Shown: positions 9,166 to 19,135 of the stretch, one piece after another | Layout of the letters: every line of letters begins with the position of its first letter | How positions within the stretch are numbered: position 1 is the stretch's first letter | Source of the DNA: an uncultured Bacteroidota bacterium | GTDB lineage: Bacteria; Bacteroidota; Bacteroidia; JABEUT01 | DNA length: 64,000 nt | Reading direction: 5' to 3' | Assembly (NCBI GenBank): GCA_903901055.1 | Contig: CAIUPO010000051.1 | Coordinates: forward strand, 8,312 to 72,311 | The notes under the pieces: model-generated | The model's input: only the letters and a program-made list of their open reading frames with translations | Databases searched by the model: none | Told to the model about the DNA's origin: nothing | Position numbers and translations under genes: made by a program

Positions 9166-10920
9166 ATGTGTGGAATAGCGGGTATATATAAAATAAATAA
9201 ATCTTCGGTATCAATCGAAGATTTGAAAAAAATGACTGACGCTATCATTCATCGCGGACCGGACGGGGAAGGGTTTTGGTTAAATGAGAAAGAAACAATT
9301 GGATTTGGACACAGGCGTTTGGCTATTATTGATCTTAGTGAGAATGGCAAACAACCTATGCATTATGCAGAAAGCAGATATACGTTAACCTTTAATGGGG
9401 AAATCTATAATTATATTGAACTAAAGGAACAGCTTTTAAAGAAAGGCTATAAATTTAAATCAGAAAGCGATACAGAGGTTTTGCTTGCATTATATGATTT
9501 GAAAAAGGAAAAATGCCTGGATGATTTGGATGGAATGTTTGCATTTGCAATTTGGGATAAGAAAGATGAAACCCTTTTTTGTGCACGCGACCGGTTTGGT
9601 GAAAAACCTTTTTACTACCATTACAAGCCAGGTGGGGCATTTATTTTTGCTTCTGAAATGAAAGCCCTTTGGGCCGCAGGAGTGCCAAAGGAAAATGACA
9701 TTAAAATGACTAATCTTTTCCTGAAAACCGGTAGAGTATTAGATCCTGATGATTTATCTAAAACATTTTATAAAAACATACTGCAATTAAATTCAGCCCA
9801 CTATTTAAAAATTGATACTAAAGGGTTAAACATTAATCGTTACTATGATATAAAAATAGCAGAGCCTGATTATAGAATAACCCGAAAGGAAGCTTCAGAA
9901 AAATTTTATTCGTTATTAGAAAACAGCGTTAAGTTACGTTTGCGTTCCGACGTTGCGGTAGGGTCAAGCCTTTCAGGTGGGTTAGATTCTTCAAGCATTG
10001 TTATGCTCATTGATAAACTAAAAGGTAATTCTGCACAACAAAATACTTTTTCGGCTAGATTTGAAGGATTTATTAAAGATGAGGGCAAGTACATTCATGA
10101 AGTTGTAGATGCTTGTAAAAATGTTGTTTGTCATGAAGTTTGGCCAAATAACGAGCAACTTGAAAATGATTTAAAAAAACTATGTTATCATCAGGAGGAA
10201 CCGTTTGGTTCTGCCAGTATATTCGCTCAATGGAAGGTAATGGAACTTGCCAAACAAAAAGAAACAATTGTTTTATTAGATGGGCAGGGCGCTGATGAAT
10301 ATCTTGGAGGGTACCTGTATTTTTACAGTTCTTATCTTAACCAGTTGTTCATTAACGATCGTTCAAAATATGTGTCAGAAATAAAAGCATATAACAGTTT
10401 AAGAGGCAACACGATGAAAAGAAAAGAAGAAGAAGAAACACTACGAATGAAACTTGGACGGTATAAGCGAAAGATTCTTAATCAACCATCCTCCTACTCA
10501 ACCACCTATTTGAAAGAAGAACTCAAAAAGTGCCTCTTGCACGATAGTGTCAAATCGCTGTTAAGGTTTGCAGATAGAAATTCTATGGCACATTCCAGGG
10601 AGGTGCGCCTGCCTTTTTTGAGCCACCCATTAATAGAATTCGTTTTTTCCTTACCCGACGATTTCCTGTTAACTGAAGGTTGGACCAAATGGATTTTACG
10701 TGAATCAATGAAAAACACCCTTCCCGACAATATTTGCTGGCGTGTAGATAAAATTGGCTACGAACCACCACAAGACAAATGGCTAGCTAACAACCCCTAT
10801 TGGAAGGACCAAATAGCAACAGGGAAAACAATACTAAATAAATTGGCTACTGGTAAACCTGAAACTTATAAAACGGATGATTGGCAATTAATTATGATTA
10901 GTAAATATTTTGCAAATTAA
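9166..10920 (+). CDS. Asparagine synthase (glutamine-hydrolysing) family amidotransferase
   Basis: N-terminal nucleophile MCGIAG, GPDGEG, the PP-loop SLSGGLDSS and the C-terminal RFADRNSMAHSREVRLPFL motif. It lies inside a glycan locus, so it may amidate a sugar acid instead of making asparagine. Confidence 0.85.
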   Translation: MCGIAGIYKINKSSVSIEDLKKMTDAIIHRGPDGEGFWLNEKETIGFGHRRLAIIDLSENGKQPMHYAESRYTLTFNGEIYNYIELKEQLLKKGYKFKSESDTEVLLALYDLKKEKCLDDLDGMFAFAIWDKKDETLFCARDRFGEKPFYYHYKPGGAFIFASEMKALWAAGVPKENDIKMTNLFLKTGRVLDPDDLSKTFYKNILQLNSAHYLKIDTKGLNINRYYDIKIAEPDYRITRKEASEKFYSLLENSVKLRLRSDVAVGSSLSGGLDSSSIVMLIDKLKGNSAQQNTFSARFEGFIKDEGKYIHEVVDACKNVVCHEVWPNNEQLENDLKKLCYHQEEPFGSASIFAQWKVMELAKQKETIVLLDGQGADEYLGGYLYFYSSYLNQLFINDRSKYVSEIKAYNSLRGNTMKRKEEEETLRMKLGRYKRKILNQPSSYSTTYLKEELKKCLLHDSVKSLLRFADRNSMAHSREVRLPFLSHPLIEFVFSLPDDFLLTEGWTKWILRESMKNTLPDNICWRVDKIGYEPPQDKWLANNPYWKDQIATGKTILNKLATGKPETYKTDDWQLIMISKYFAN

Positions 10921-10932
10921 CTGTTCTCTGTA

Positions 10933-12114
10933 ATGAATATAGCTTTATTTGGATATGGTGTAGGTAATATAAAAGGCGGTGGCGGGGCCGAACGTTTTTT
11001 TGCAGATTTTTTTGAGGCATACCATCAATCGGATATAGCTAAATTTAACTTGTATTTTATACTTGACACAAATTCCATTTCAAATCTTAATCAGGTAAAC
11101 AAATTAAATTCCAGAAAAAATATTCTGCCATTCAAAATATTTTCTAACCGATTTAAGGATAGACTAGAGTCTCTCCAATTAGCCTGGCTAATAGTACGCC
11201 ATAAAATACGTATCATACATATACCGTTATATAATCGTACATATATTCCTATACTTAAAAGGATAGACAGGTTGCCTTCATTCATACGCCCGGAAATTAT
11301 AATTAATATAGTTAATGCCTGTGTGCCGGAAATTTTATTGAATGCAACCGATAAGCGATACCAGTCTTATTACAATACCTACATGCCCTTATTTAAAGAA
11401 GTACACGTGGATGGATATTTTTGCTGGAACCAATCATTTGTCGACTATGTAAATAAAGCTAATGTATTCACTGATAATCCAAAGAAAATCAAGGCTATTC
11501 AATCCAGGTTTTCTGACACTAAAAAATTCACACCACGTTACCCCAAAAAGAAAACAATCATTTTTGCAGGCAGGTTAGTAACTGAAAAAAAACCAGATTG
11601 GTTCATTGAAGCTGCGCATATATTAACAACCAGTCATCCAGATGAAATTAAAGGCTGGTGCTTTATTTTACTTGGTGACGGAGAACTGAGAAACCAATTG
11701 GAAGAAAGTGTAAAAAGTAAAAACATGGGAGATACATTCTCTATGAAAATTGAAGGGGATATTTCCAATCATATCAATTCATCCATGATTTATGTTTCAT
11801 GTCAGGATTGTGACAACTTCCCTTCTTTATCTATGGCGGAGGCCATGTCTGCAGGAAACGCGATTGTAGCAAGAAACTTAGGCCAAACAAATCTTTTTGT
11901 TATAAGCAATCACAATGGCCTTATTATTCAGCCAGATTCACCTTCAGGCCTCGCTGATGCCCTTCTTAAATTAGTAACTAATAAGGAGTTAACCGAGGAA
12001 ATGGGTAAAAAAAGCATTGAGCTTATGAAAAACGTACATACTATTCCGAATTTTATACGGCAAATTGATGCCTTTTGGGAATCATTTAACCCGGATAATA
12101 ATAGTTCCGAATAA
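10933..12114 (+). CDS. Glycosyltransferase, GT4-like (GT-B)
   Basis: FAGRLVTEKKPDW and an E-x7-E-like region (SLSMAEAMSAGNAIVA). Confidence 0.7.
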   Translation: MNIALFGYGVGNIKGGGGAERFFADFFEAYHQSDIAKFNLYFILDTNSISNLNQVNKLNSRKNILPFKIFSNRFKDRLESLQLAWLIVRHKIRIIHIPLYNRTYIPILKRIDRLPSFIRPEIIINIVNACVPEILLNATDKRYQSYYNTYMPLFKEVHVDGYFCWNQSFVDYVNKANVFTDNPKKIKAIQSRFSDTKKFTPRYPKKKTIIFAGRLVTEKKPDWFIEAAHILTTSHPDEIKGWCFILLGDGELRNQLEESVKSKNMGDTFSMKIEGDISNHINSSMIYVSCQDCDNFPSLSMAEAMSAGNAIVARNLGQTNLFVISNHNGLIIQPDSPSGLADALLKLVTNKELTEEMGKKSIELMKNVHTIPNFIRQIDAFWESFNPDNNSSE

Positions 12115-12185
12115 TGGAACAGAGGAGTATAGGCATCTGTCAATTTTATTTTGTAGTATTGCGTTATCATCTGGAATAACATAAC

Positions 12186-12842
12186 ATGCCTATGCGTCTT
12201 GATTTACCTGTAGTTAAAAATAAGAGAGTACTGGTCCTCGCTCCTCACACCGATGATGGTGAGTTTGGTTGCGGAGGAACTATTAATAAATTTATTACAC
12301 AAGGTTACGATGTTTATTATGCAGCGTTTTCAGCCTGCGAACAATCCGTTTTAAAAGAATTCCCGAAAGATATCTTAATCACTGAAGTCAAGAGTGCAAC
12401 AGCAACTCTCGGGTTGAAAAAAGAAAATCTTATTCTATTTAAATATGAGGTTAGGAAATTCAATTATTTCAGGCAGGAGATATTGGAAGATATTGTAAAA
12501 CTTGCGGCAGAAATTAAGCCCGATATTATATTCATGCCATGCGAGAGTGATATCCATCAGGATCACCATACCATTTTTCAGGAGGGTTTAAGGGCATTTA
12601 AATTTAAAACCATTTTATGCTATGAATTACCATGGAATAATTTATCGATAAATACATCTTCTTTTGTATATCTAGATTCAAAAAATATTACTGCAAAAAT
12701 CAATGCTTTAAAAAAATACAAATCACAGGCACACCGCCCTTATGCGAATGAAGAGTTTATAAAAGCATTAGCTAAAGTGCGAGGTGTTCAAATCGGTGTT
12801 GACTACGCCGAAGCGTTTCAAGTGGTTAGAGTTATTTTATGA
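12186..12842 (+). CDS. PIG-L/LmbE family N-acetyl-sugar deacetylase
   Basis: VLVLAPHTDDGEFGCGGT and the HQDH metal-site motif. Confidence 0.8.
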   Translation: MPMRLDLPVVKNKRVLVLAPHTDDGEFGCGGTINKFITQGYDVYYAAFSACEQSVLKEFPKDILITEVKSATATLGLKKENLILFKYEVRKFNYFRQEILEDIVKLAAEIKPDIIFMPCESDIHQDHHTIFQEGLRAFKFKTILCYELPWNNLSINTSSFVYLDSKNITAKINALKKYKSQAHRPYANEEFIKALAKVRGVQIGVDYAEAFQVVRVIL

Positions 12843-13103
12843 TTTTACAGCATTTAACAAAAGAAAATTTACCTGAAAATAATGTCTTTGCTACAGTTTC
12901 TTAAAAAAATGGGTGTTTGGTTTTGAACACCAAACTGAACAAATGAAGATAATCGCATATTCTGGTTTGGTCATGGAATATTTTTTTGAACTTATACTTT
13001 CTTCCTTTCCATTTCTAAGCAAGAATAAACGCATAACAAGGTTTTTAAATTGACAGTTTTCTAATATAATAACTGGTATATAGTGCTCTAAAATTATTCT
13101 TGA

Positions 13104-14024
13104 ATGAAAATATCAACTCTCTTTAAAAACATTTCATCCGTAAAGTATACATTCCACAATGAAACTGATATTGAGTTTAATTTATTAACATCTGTATTTG
13201 AAGCATCCCATGGCGATATATCCTGGATTAGACCCGGCATTAAAAACCTAGAAGCTATTTTAGGTAAAACAAAAGCATCTTGTTTGATTTGCAACCCTGC
13301 AACATACAATTTAGCTGTCTCATTGAATATAAATTGTTTTTTTGTTGTTACAGAAAACCCTGAAATTGTGTTCTTAGAAATTTTAAAAACCATATATCAG
13401 CATAAAAATAAAAGAACAGAGGCATTTATTCATCCTACAGCAATTATCTCAAAAAACTGTAAACTAGGTAAAAATATTAGTATTGGAGCTTTCTCCATTA
13501 TTGATAATGCTATTATTGGAGATAATTGTATAATTTCAAATAATGTTTGTATTTCTAGCGATGTTGAAATTGGTAATAATTGCATTATTCGCGAGTTCTG
13601 TAGTATAGGCGGTGAAGGTTTTGGGTTTATAAAAAATATAGAGGGCCATTTAGAACATATGCCTCATATTGGAAAAGTAATTATTGAAGACAACGTACAT
13701 ATTTTCCCATTTTCTAATATAGACAAAGCAACACTTACAGAAACCAAGATTTCAAAAGGGGTTAAAATTGACCACTATTGCCATATTGGTCATAATTGTT
13801 TTATTGGAGAGAATACTATTGTTGCGGCTAGCGTGGTAACCTGTGGGGGGGTAACTATTGGCAGTAATTGCTTTATAGGTGTAAACACCATTGTTAAACC
13901 GAAAGTAACCATAGCAGACGGAGTAACAACGGGATTAGGATCCGTTGTTACTAAAAACATTCCATTAAATGAAACATGGGCTGGCTCTCCAGCCAGAGAA
14001 TTTAGTGCCTTTATAAAAAAGTGA
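13104..14024 (+). CDS. LpxD-like hexapeptide-repeat N-acyltransferase
   Basis: Non-repeat N-domain followed by a long LbH region (IHPTAIISKNCKLGKNISIGAFSIIDNAIIGDNCIISNNVCISSDVEIGNNC...). Ends in WAGSPAREF. Confidence 0.7.
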   Translation: MKISTLFKNISSVKYTFHNETDIEFNLLTSVFEASHGDISWIRPGIKNLEAILGKTKASCLICNPATYNLAVSLNINCFFVVTENPEIVFLEILKTIYQHKNKRTEAFIHPTAIISKNCKLGKNISIGAFSIIDNAIIGDNCIISNNVCISSDVEIGNNCIIREFCSIGGEGFGFIKNIEGHLEHMPHIGKVIIEDNVHIFPFSNIDKATLTETKISKGVKIDHYCHIGHNCFIGENTIVAASVVTCGGVTIGSNCFIGVNTIVKPKVTIADGVTTGLGSVVTKNIPLNETWAGSPAREFSAFIKK

Positions 14025-14169
14025 CAAAATCAATTTATGAAATGTATTGTTACTGCAAAACAAATCTATCAATACTTGATGTACTTTTCAACTTTGGACC
14101 CGCTACCAAAACCACATTGCAAAACGCATTTAAAAAATAATATTTTAAAGTGTGGCCTCCGATATAACA

Positions 14170-15450
14170 ATGAATAAAAAAATTCTAATTGTTTGTTATT
14201 CTTTCCCACCCTTTCCGGGTATTGGAGGTAGGCGATGGGCAAAATTTGCAAAATATTTTGCAGAAAACGGGGTTGAATGCCATGTTATCAGTGCATTTAA
14301 TTATAGTAAAAGCAAATCAATTTGGAATGCAGATACCGATAACCCTAATATTAAAATCCATCCACTAAAGTTTCGTTTCCAATATTGGATGGGATTATAT
14401 AGTAGTTCCTTTTCTTACCGTATTTTCTCCAAGCTGATAAGAACCGTATTAAATTTAACTAAATATTCCCCCTATTTCAGCACTTCCATTTCAAAGAAAA
14501 TACTTCTTGAAAAATGCACTTCTATAATTCGGGAACATAATATCGATACTGTGGTTGCAAGCGGCGACCCTTATATGCAATACTATGTTACCGAACTAAA
14601 GAAAACCTCTAAGCTTCATGTGATAATAGATTATAGAGATACATGGAATGACAGGCCCAAGTATTACTTAGATAAATTCCATAAACTCTCAAATAAACAA
14701 CGGGCTTTTTTTGAATTTTCCGAAAATGAATCATTAAAAAATTGCGATGAAGTTGTGAGTGTTTACGAACCGATTATTGATAAGTTATCTGCACGAAGTG
14801 GAAAAAACAAAACGCTCTTCCACCTTATACCTAACGGATTTGACAAAAACGATTATACCAATATTAAGGCTCTAAATTCGAATTCTTCCACTATAACACT
14901 ATACTTTGGTGGCAATATTTCCCCTGGGGACATTGCAGATTACTTTCTCGGATTTTTAGAATCTTTCACGCATCTTAAAAAGCAGAATAAATTGCTATGG
15001 GAAAAATTCCGGGTTGAAATAAACGGAGACTGCCCAGCTTACTTTGAAGAAGAGTTAAAAAAATGGAATAATACGAATATTATTTTACAAAAAGGATTTC
15101 TTGCTTTTGGCCAGTATATTGAAAAACTGGAAAACTCAGCTTTTGGTATTTTATCTATACCCGATGAATATTCCGATTGCCTCTTTATTACTAAGGCGTA
15201 TGATTACCTTTATCTTGAAAAACCAATACTTTACCTTGGCAAAAAGGGTTTGGTATCTAAGTTTATTGATGAAAATAGAATAGGATATGCATTTAACCCG
15301 GATGAAAATGCAGATAATTTTTTTGAGAAACTAGCTAACTCCAATATAACTTTGCAATACACAAAAGCAATAAATGAAAAGATAAGGGAGGAGTATGATA
15401 TTGCAAACCTTTCTAAAAGGTATCTTGATTTATTAGGCCTGAAAAATTAA
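14170..15450 (+). CDS. Putative glycosyltransferase (GT4-like N-terminus)
   Basis: KILIVCYSFPPFPGIGGRRWAKFAKYF resembles a Glyco_trans_4-type N-terminus. I prefer the ATG at 14170 over the listed GTG at 14152. Confidence 0.5.
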   Translation: MNKKILIVCYSFPPFPGIGGRRWAKFAKYFAENGVECHVISAFNYSKSKSIWNADTDNPNIKIHPLKFRFQYWMGLYSSSFSYRIFSKLIRTVLNLTKYSPYFSTSISKKILLEKCTSIIREHNIDTVVASGDPYMQYYVTELKKTSKLHVIIDYRDTWNDRPKYYLDKFHKLSNKQRAFFEFSENESLKNCDEVVSVYEPIIDKLSARSGKNKTLFHLIPNGFDKNDYTNIKALNSNSSTITLYFGGNISPGDIADYFLGFLESFTHLKKQNKLLWEKFRVEINGDCPAYFEEELKKWNNTNIILQKGFLAFGQYIEKLENSAFGILSIPDEYSDCLFITKAYDYLYLEKPILYLGKKGLVSKFIDENRIGYAFNPDENADNFFEKLANSNITLQYTKAINEKIREEYDIANLSKRYLDLLGLKN

Positions 15451-16151
15451 AGTTGGGGTAATTGCAATAGACTAAAATCTTTCAGTTCTTTTTTCTTCCA
15501 CCTGCCAAATCCACTTAAATACTTTTTATAATTCTCGCTGCTTTCATTCGAACCCGGACGGTTAGCCGTAATACTTGTTTCAGATAATATCCGTAAATAT
15601 ACCGGATGCGATTTTCTGGCCCACTTAACCTTTTTCTTTCTATAATATTCATGCCAGTATTTACTGTGGTCAAGTGTAAACAGAGGTTTATTCTCTTCAC
15701 CATAAATTTGCAAGGCGTGCTCCATTTTGTGAATCACGGTGTTGGGAAGCCAGTCACGTTTCTGCTGGCTTATTAGCCCGGAATTCAAATCATAAAAGGA
15801 GTGGTATTTATCTGCATAGCAATCGAACTTAATATCTCTTACTTTTTCCAAGATCATGGGCGAAATAATGTCATCATCATCAAGCCTGATAAGGTATTCA
15901 GGCTTATCCGGCAAAGAATTAATATAAGTGTACGCCAGTTGTATTTTATCCCCTTTTGTTATTCCGCTACATTTTAAATAAGTTTTCTTTCCTTCTGTCT
16001 TTTCTTCCTCCCCTACTAACAGGACCTCCCAGTTAGAATACAATTGCGAATCCAATGCATTTAAATAAGCCTGATGCAACTTGTATCTAACCTCATTCAT
16101 CATTGAAGAAGGGGTGAGCGGGGTAATAAACAAAAATTTCGGTGGCACCAT
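15447..16151 (-). CDS. Putative GT2-like glycosyltransferase
   Basis: 234 aa with FITPLTP... near the N-terminus and an acidic LDDDDIISP (DxD-like) motif. Convergent 4-nt overlap with the previous gene. Confidence 0.4.
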   Translation of the reverse strand: MVPPKFLFITPLTPSSMMNEVRYKLHQAYLNALDSQLYSNWEVLLVGEEEKTEGKKTYLKCSGITKGDKIQLAYTYINSLPDKPEYLIRLDDDDIISPMILEKVRDIKFDCYADKYHSFYDLNSGLISQQKRDWLPNTVIHKMEHALQIYGEENKPLFTLDHSKYWHEYYRKKKVKWARKSHPVYLRILSETSITANRPGSNESSENYKKYLSGFGRWKKKELKDFSLLQLPQL

Positions 16152-16229
16152 TTTACATTATTTTACGCAGGAAATGTATGCAATACTAATAATTCTGAAA
16201 TTATCTGAAGCATGAGTAAATATCCGCAC

Positions 16230-16237
16230 TACCTTTG
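16230..16237 (+). promoter_or_regulatory. Bacteroidota-type -7 promoter element (TACCTTTG)
   Basis: Matches TAnnTTTG ~40-50 nt upstream of the 16277/16286 start. The octamer is identical to those at 5836 and 39882. Confidence 0.45.
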
Positions 16238-16276
16238 TACCATATTTAGCAGTGGGTAAAAGTTATTATATGTATT

Positions 16277-17305
16277 TTGCAATTTATGAATGAGGCGGCT
16301 CAAAGTGGAAAATTACAACTTGCATTAGGCAACTTAACTGATACTGCCAATAAAACATATTATACTGATTATAAAGGTATACATTTTTTACGTTTCCGCT
16401 TCAAAATCTTCCGGGGATATTGCAGGGCAAACTTACAGTTGGCAATGGCATTACTTACCAAAAAGTGTTATTACGGCCCATTTAAAGGTGAGTTTGGCCA
16501 TTTCTTAGGCCACAATCTTCCCTTCCTTTCTTATCTTTATTCCAGGGGAGTTAAAATTTATTACTGTGGCATGGATTTACACGCTCCCTTTTTGGTAAAT
16601 AATGAGGGAAAAAGTATAATATACAAGTATTATCCTTTGCGTGATTTTTTTGCTGAAGTATCGCCAATCAGTAACTCTACTATTCCACCTATCGATGTAC
16701 AAAAAACAATTTCGGAGTTTCATGAAATAGCCGAAAAGTCATTTCTGATACCCTACTGGAACCTCGACGATGACTTTTATTATTGGTATATTCATCGCAA
16801 TTGGATAATGAAAAAACCCTATTTTAAAGTCTATACCCTTGCTAATGTATATGGAAAAGGAAAGCAAAAAACTGCGGTGATATTCCCACGAAAAAAAGGC
16901 AACAATTATTCTGCTAATAATGGCTATGCATGGGATTATATGGAAATAGCCAAAGCTATCAGCCCCTATTTTGAAAAAATCTACATTACAGGACACCCGT
17001 CACTTAGCAATGAATTGATATCGGAAGGAAATATTGAGGTTTGTCTTTCAAAAGACAATCGGGTTATTTTAGAAAAATGCGCAATAAGTGAACTAATAAT
17101 AAGTCAGCACTCCGGGGTTAACTATCTCTCAGAATATATGGATTGCAAAATCTTGTTGATTTTTAAAGGGGAACTTCCTATTAAAGGCATGCCAGATACT
17201 GTTCGTTTCAGAAAAGCGCTGGGTAAAAAACATGAATTGGATTTTGCATTTAGTATGGAAGAAATTGTTGATTATGCAAAAAACTTTAATTTTAACACCA
17301 AATAG
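16277..17305 (+). CDS. Hypothetical protein in the glycan locus (no motif recognised)
   Basis: 342-aa uninterrupted ORF in operon context. The listed start is TTG and an ATG follows at 16286. Confidence 0.5.
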   Translation: MQFMNEAAQSGKLQLALGNLTDTANKTYYTDYKGIHFLRFRFKIFRGYCRANLQLAMALLTKKCYYGPFKGEFGHFLGHNLPFLSYLYSRGVKIYYCGMDLHAPFLVNNEGKSIIYKYYPLRDFFAEVSPISNSTIPPIDVQKTISEFHEIAEKSFLIPYWNLDDDFYYWYIHRNWIMKKPYFKVYTLANVYGKGKQKTAVIFPRKKGNNYSANNGYAWDYMEIAKAISPYFEKIYITGHPSLSNELISEGNIEVCLSKDNRVILEKCAISELIISQHSGVNYLSEYMDCKILLIFKGELPIKGMPDTVRFRKALGKKHELDFAFSMEEIVDYAKNFNFNTK

Positions 17306-17310
17306 AATTC

Positions 17311-18219
17311 ATGAAAAAAGTATTAATAACAGGAGTAGCAGGGTTTATTGGTTCCAATTTACTTGATTTTTTAATCGATAATACCGATTGGCACATTACC
17401 GGAATTGATAATTTAAGCACTGGCTCCGATAGCAACATTTCAGGACAAAAGGATAATAAGCGCTTCAACTTTATTAAGATGGATTGCATGCACCTAACAT
17501 CGCTAAAAGAGTATGAAATTGTTTTTCACTTGGCTGCCCTTCCCCGTATTCAACCAAGCTTTGAACTAATTAACGAACATGTTGTTGCTAACTTATTAAA
17601 TGGAATTCATCTGATAGAAGTGATGATAAAAGAAAACCACTTCCCGAGAATAGTTTACAGCGGCTCCAGTGCAATTTATGGAACACCCGAACATATTCCA
17701 ACGGATGAAAATGAACCTATCAGCTGCCTGAGCCCGTATGCTTTCCAGAAATATGAATTTGAAAAATACCTTGAATTAATTTCAACCCGCTATCCTTTAG
17801 ATTATGTTACACTTCGCTACTTTAATCCTTATGGGCCCAGAAGTTTCAACCCGTTGAACAAATTTAATGCTTACAGTAGTGTTGTAGGGATTTTCCTTAA
17901 CCTGAAAAAGAATGGTGAGAACTTACTGATTACCGGTGACGGACAACAAAAAAGAGACTTTATACATGTGTGTGACGTAGCACTGGCTAACTACCTTGCT
18001 TCAATTCATCCCGAAAAACTGAACACATCCTTTAATATTGGTAATGGCTCAACTTTAAGTATACTCGACCTTGCCAAAATGATATCAGATAAATATAGTT
18101 TTATCCCTAAGCGTGAAGGTGAGGCGGAAATTACTTTTGCGAACACCTCAAAAGCTAATAAGGTTTTGAAATGGGCTCCCTTATACAATATCAGCGATTT
18201 CATTAAGGGGGAGCTTTGA
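17311..18219 (+). CDS. NAD-dependent sugar epimerase/dehydratase (SDR-e)
   Basis: Rossmann motif GVAGFIGSNL, catalytic YAFQK (YxxxK) and the RYFNPYGP motif. Confidence 0.85.
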   Translation: MKKVLITGVAGFIGSNLLDFLIDNTDWHITGIDNLSTGSDSNISGQKDNKRFNFIKMDCMHLTSLKEYEIVFHLAALPRIQPSFELINEHVVANLLNGIHLIEVMIKENHFPRIVYSGSSAIYGTPEHIPTDENEPISCLSPYAFQKYEFEKYLELISTRYPLDYVTLRYFNPYGPRSFNPLNKFNAYSSVVGIFLNLKKNGENLLITGDGQQKRDFIHVCDVALANYLASIHPEKLNTSFNIGNGSTLSILDLAKMISDKYSFIPKREGEAEITFANTSKANKVLKWAPLYNISDFIKGEL

Positions 18220-18275
18220 GTAACCTGTAAGGTGAAAAATATGTTAAAATATATACGTAGTTAAATAACTTCATA

Positions 18276-18283
18276 TATATTTG
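18276..18283 (+). promoter_or_regulatory. Bacteroidota-type -7 promoter element (TATATTTG)
   Basis: Matches TAnnTTTG. It overlaps the listed TTG start at 18281, which favours the ATG at 18302 as the true start. Confidence 0.45.
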
Positions 18284-18301
18284 CAGTCAAATGACTACGC
18301 A

Positions 18302-18628
18302 ATGAATTTAAGACGCGATGTTTTTCAGGCAATAGCCGACCCTACAAGAAGGGCGATACTTCTGTTAGTTGCTACTCAAACGATGACGGCAGGTGCTATA
18401 GCCTCCAACTTTGACACAGCAAGGCCAACGGTTTCAAAACACTTGCAAATACTCACCGAGTGTAAGTTGCTTGTACAAGAACAAAAAGGCAGGGAAGTCT
18501 ATTACAACTTAAATCCTGACAAAATGAAAGAGATAGCAGACTTTATAGAACCGTTCCGCAAAATGTGGGATGACCGATTTAATAAATTAGAAAACGTTTT
18601 AAAAAACTTAAAAAAAGATGGAAAGTAA
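18302..18628 (+). CDS. ArsR/SmtB family winged-helix transcriptional regulator
   Basis: [17 protein letters not shown]...[24 protein letters not shown] is a classic ArsR HTH pattern. Confidence 0.85.
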   Translation: MNLRRDVFQAIADPTRRAILLLVATQTMTAGAIASNFDTARPTVSKHLQILTECKLLVQEQKGREVYYNLNPDKMKEIADFIEPFRKMWDDRFNKLENVLKNLKKDGK

Positions 18629-19112
18629 TAGCAAAACAGAATTTGTAATGGATTTACAAAACAAAAAAGTTACCATTACAAGAGAGTTTGATGCACCGCT
18701 TGAAAACGTATGGCGTGCATGGACCGAAAGTGGTTTGTTAGACCAATGGTGGGCGCCTAAACCTTTCAGTTCAAAAACAAAATTTATGGATTTCAAAGTT
18801 GGCGGACGAAGATTTTATGCTATGGTAAGCCCGGAAGGGCAAGAGCATTGGTCGGTCCAGAAATATACTTCCATTAGCCCAAAAACCAATTTCAAAATGT
18901 ATAACTCTTTTGCAGACAAAGATGAAAACCCTCAATTGCCGGGTTCTGATTGGGATGTGAATTTTAGCGAACAAAACGGAACAACAAAAGTGTTCATTAT
19001 TATTATAAATGAATCCCTCGACCGTATGAAGAAGATGATTGAAATGGGCTTTGAAGCCGGGTTTACATCTGCACTTGGAAATCTTGATGAATTATTACAG
19101 CAACCAGAATAA
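18618..19112 (+). CDS. SRPBCC/AHSA1-domain protein
   Basis: [31 protein letters not shown] matches the Aha1/START-like family. Overlaps the arsR-like stop. Confidence 0.8.
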   Translation: MESNSKTEFVMDLQNKKVTITREFDAPLENVWRAWTESGLLDQWWAPKPFSSKTKFMDFKVGGRRFYAMVSPEGQEHWSVQKYTSISPKTNFKMYNSFADKDENPQLPGSDWDVNFSEQNGTTKVFIIIINESLDRMKKMIEMGFEAGFTSALGNLDELLQQPE

Positions 19113-19135
19113 ACAAATTTTAAAAGCCAATTAAT

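Noticed and set aside
12943-13053. A 36-aa ORF (MKIIAYSGLVMEYFFELILSSFPFLSKNKRITRFLN) in the 260-bp gap inside the glycan locus, considered as a possible gene remnant
   Set aside because: It is too short and has no recognisable motif. I cannot tell it apart from a random ORF in AT-rich DNA.
13094-13393. The 99-aa minus-strand ORF overlapping the 5' end of the LpxD-like gene
   Set aside because: It overlaps the better-supported plus-strand gene, which is co-directional with the operon and has no family signature conflict.
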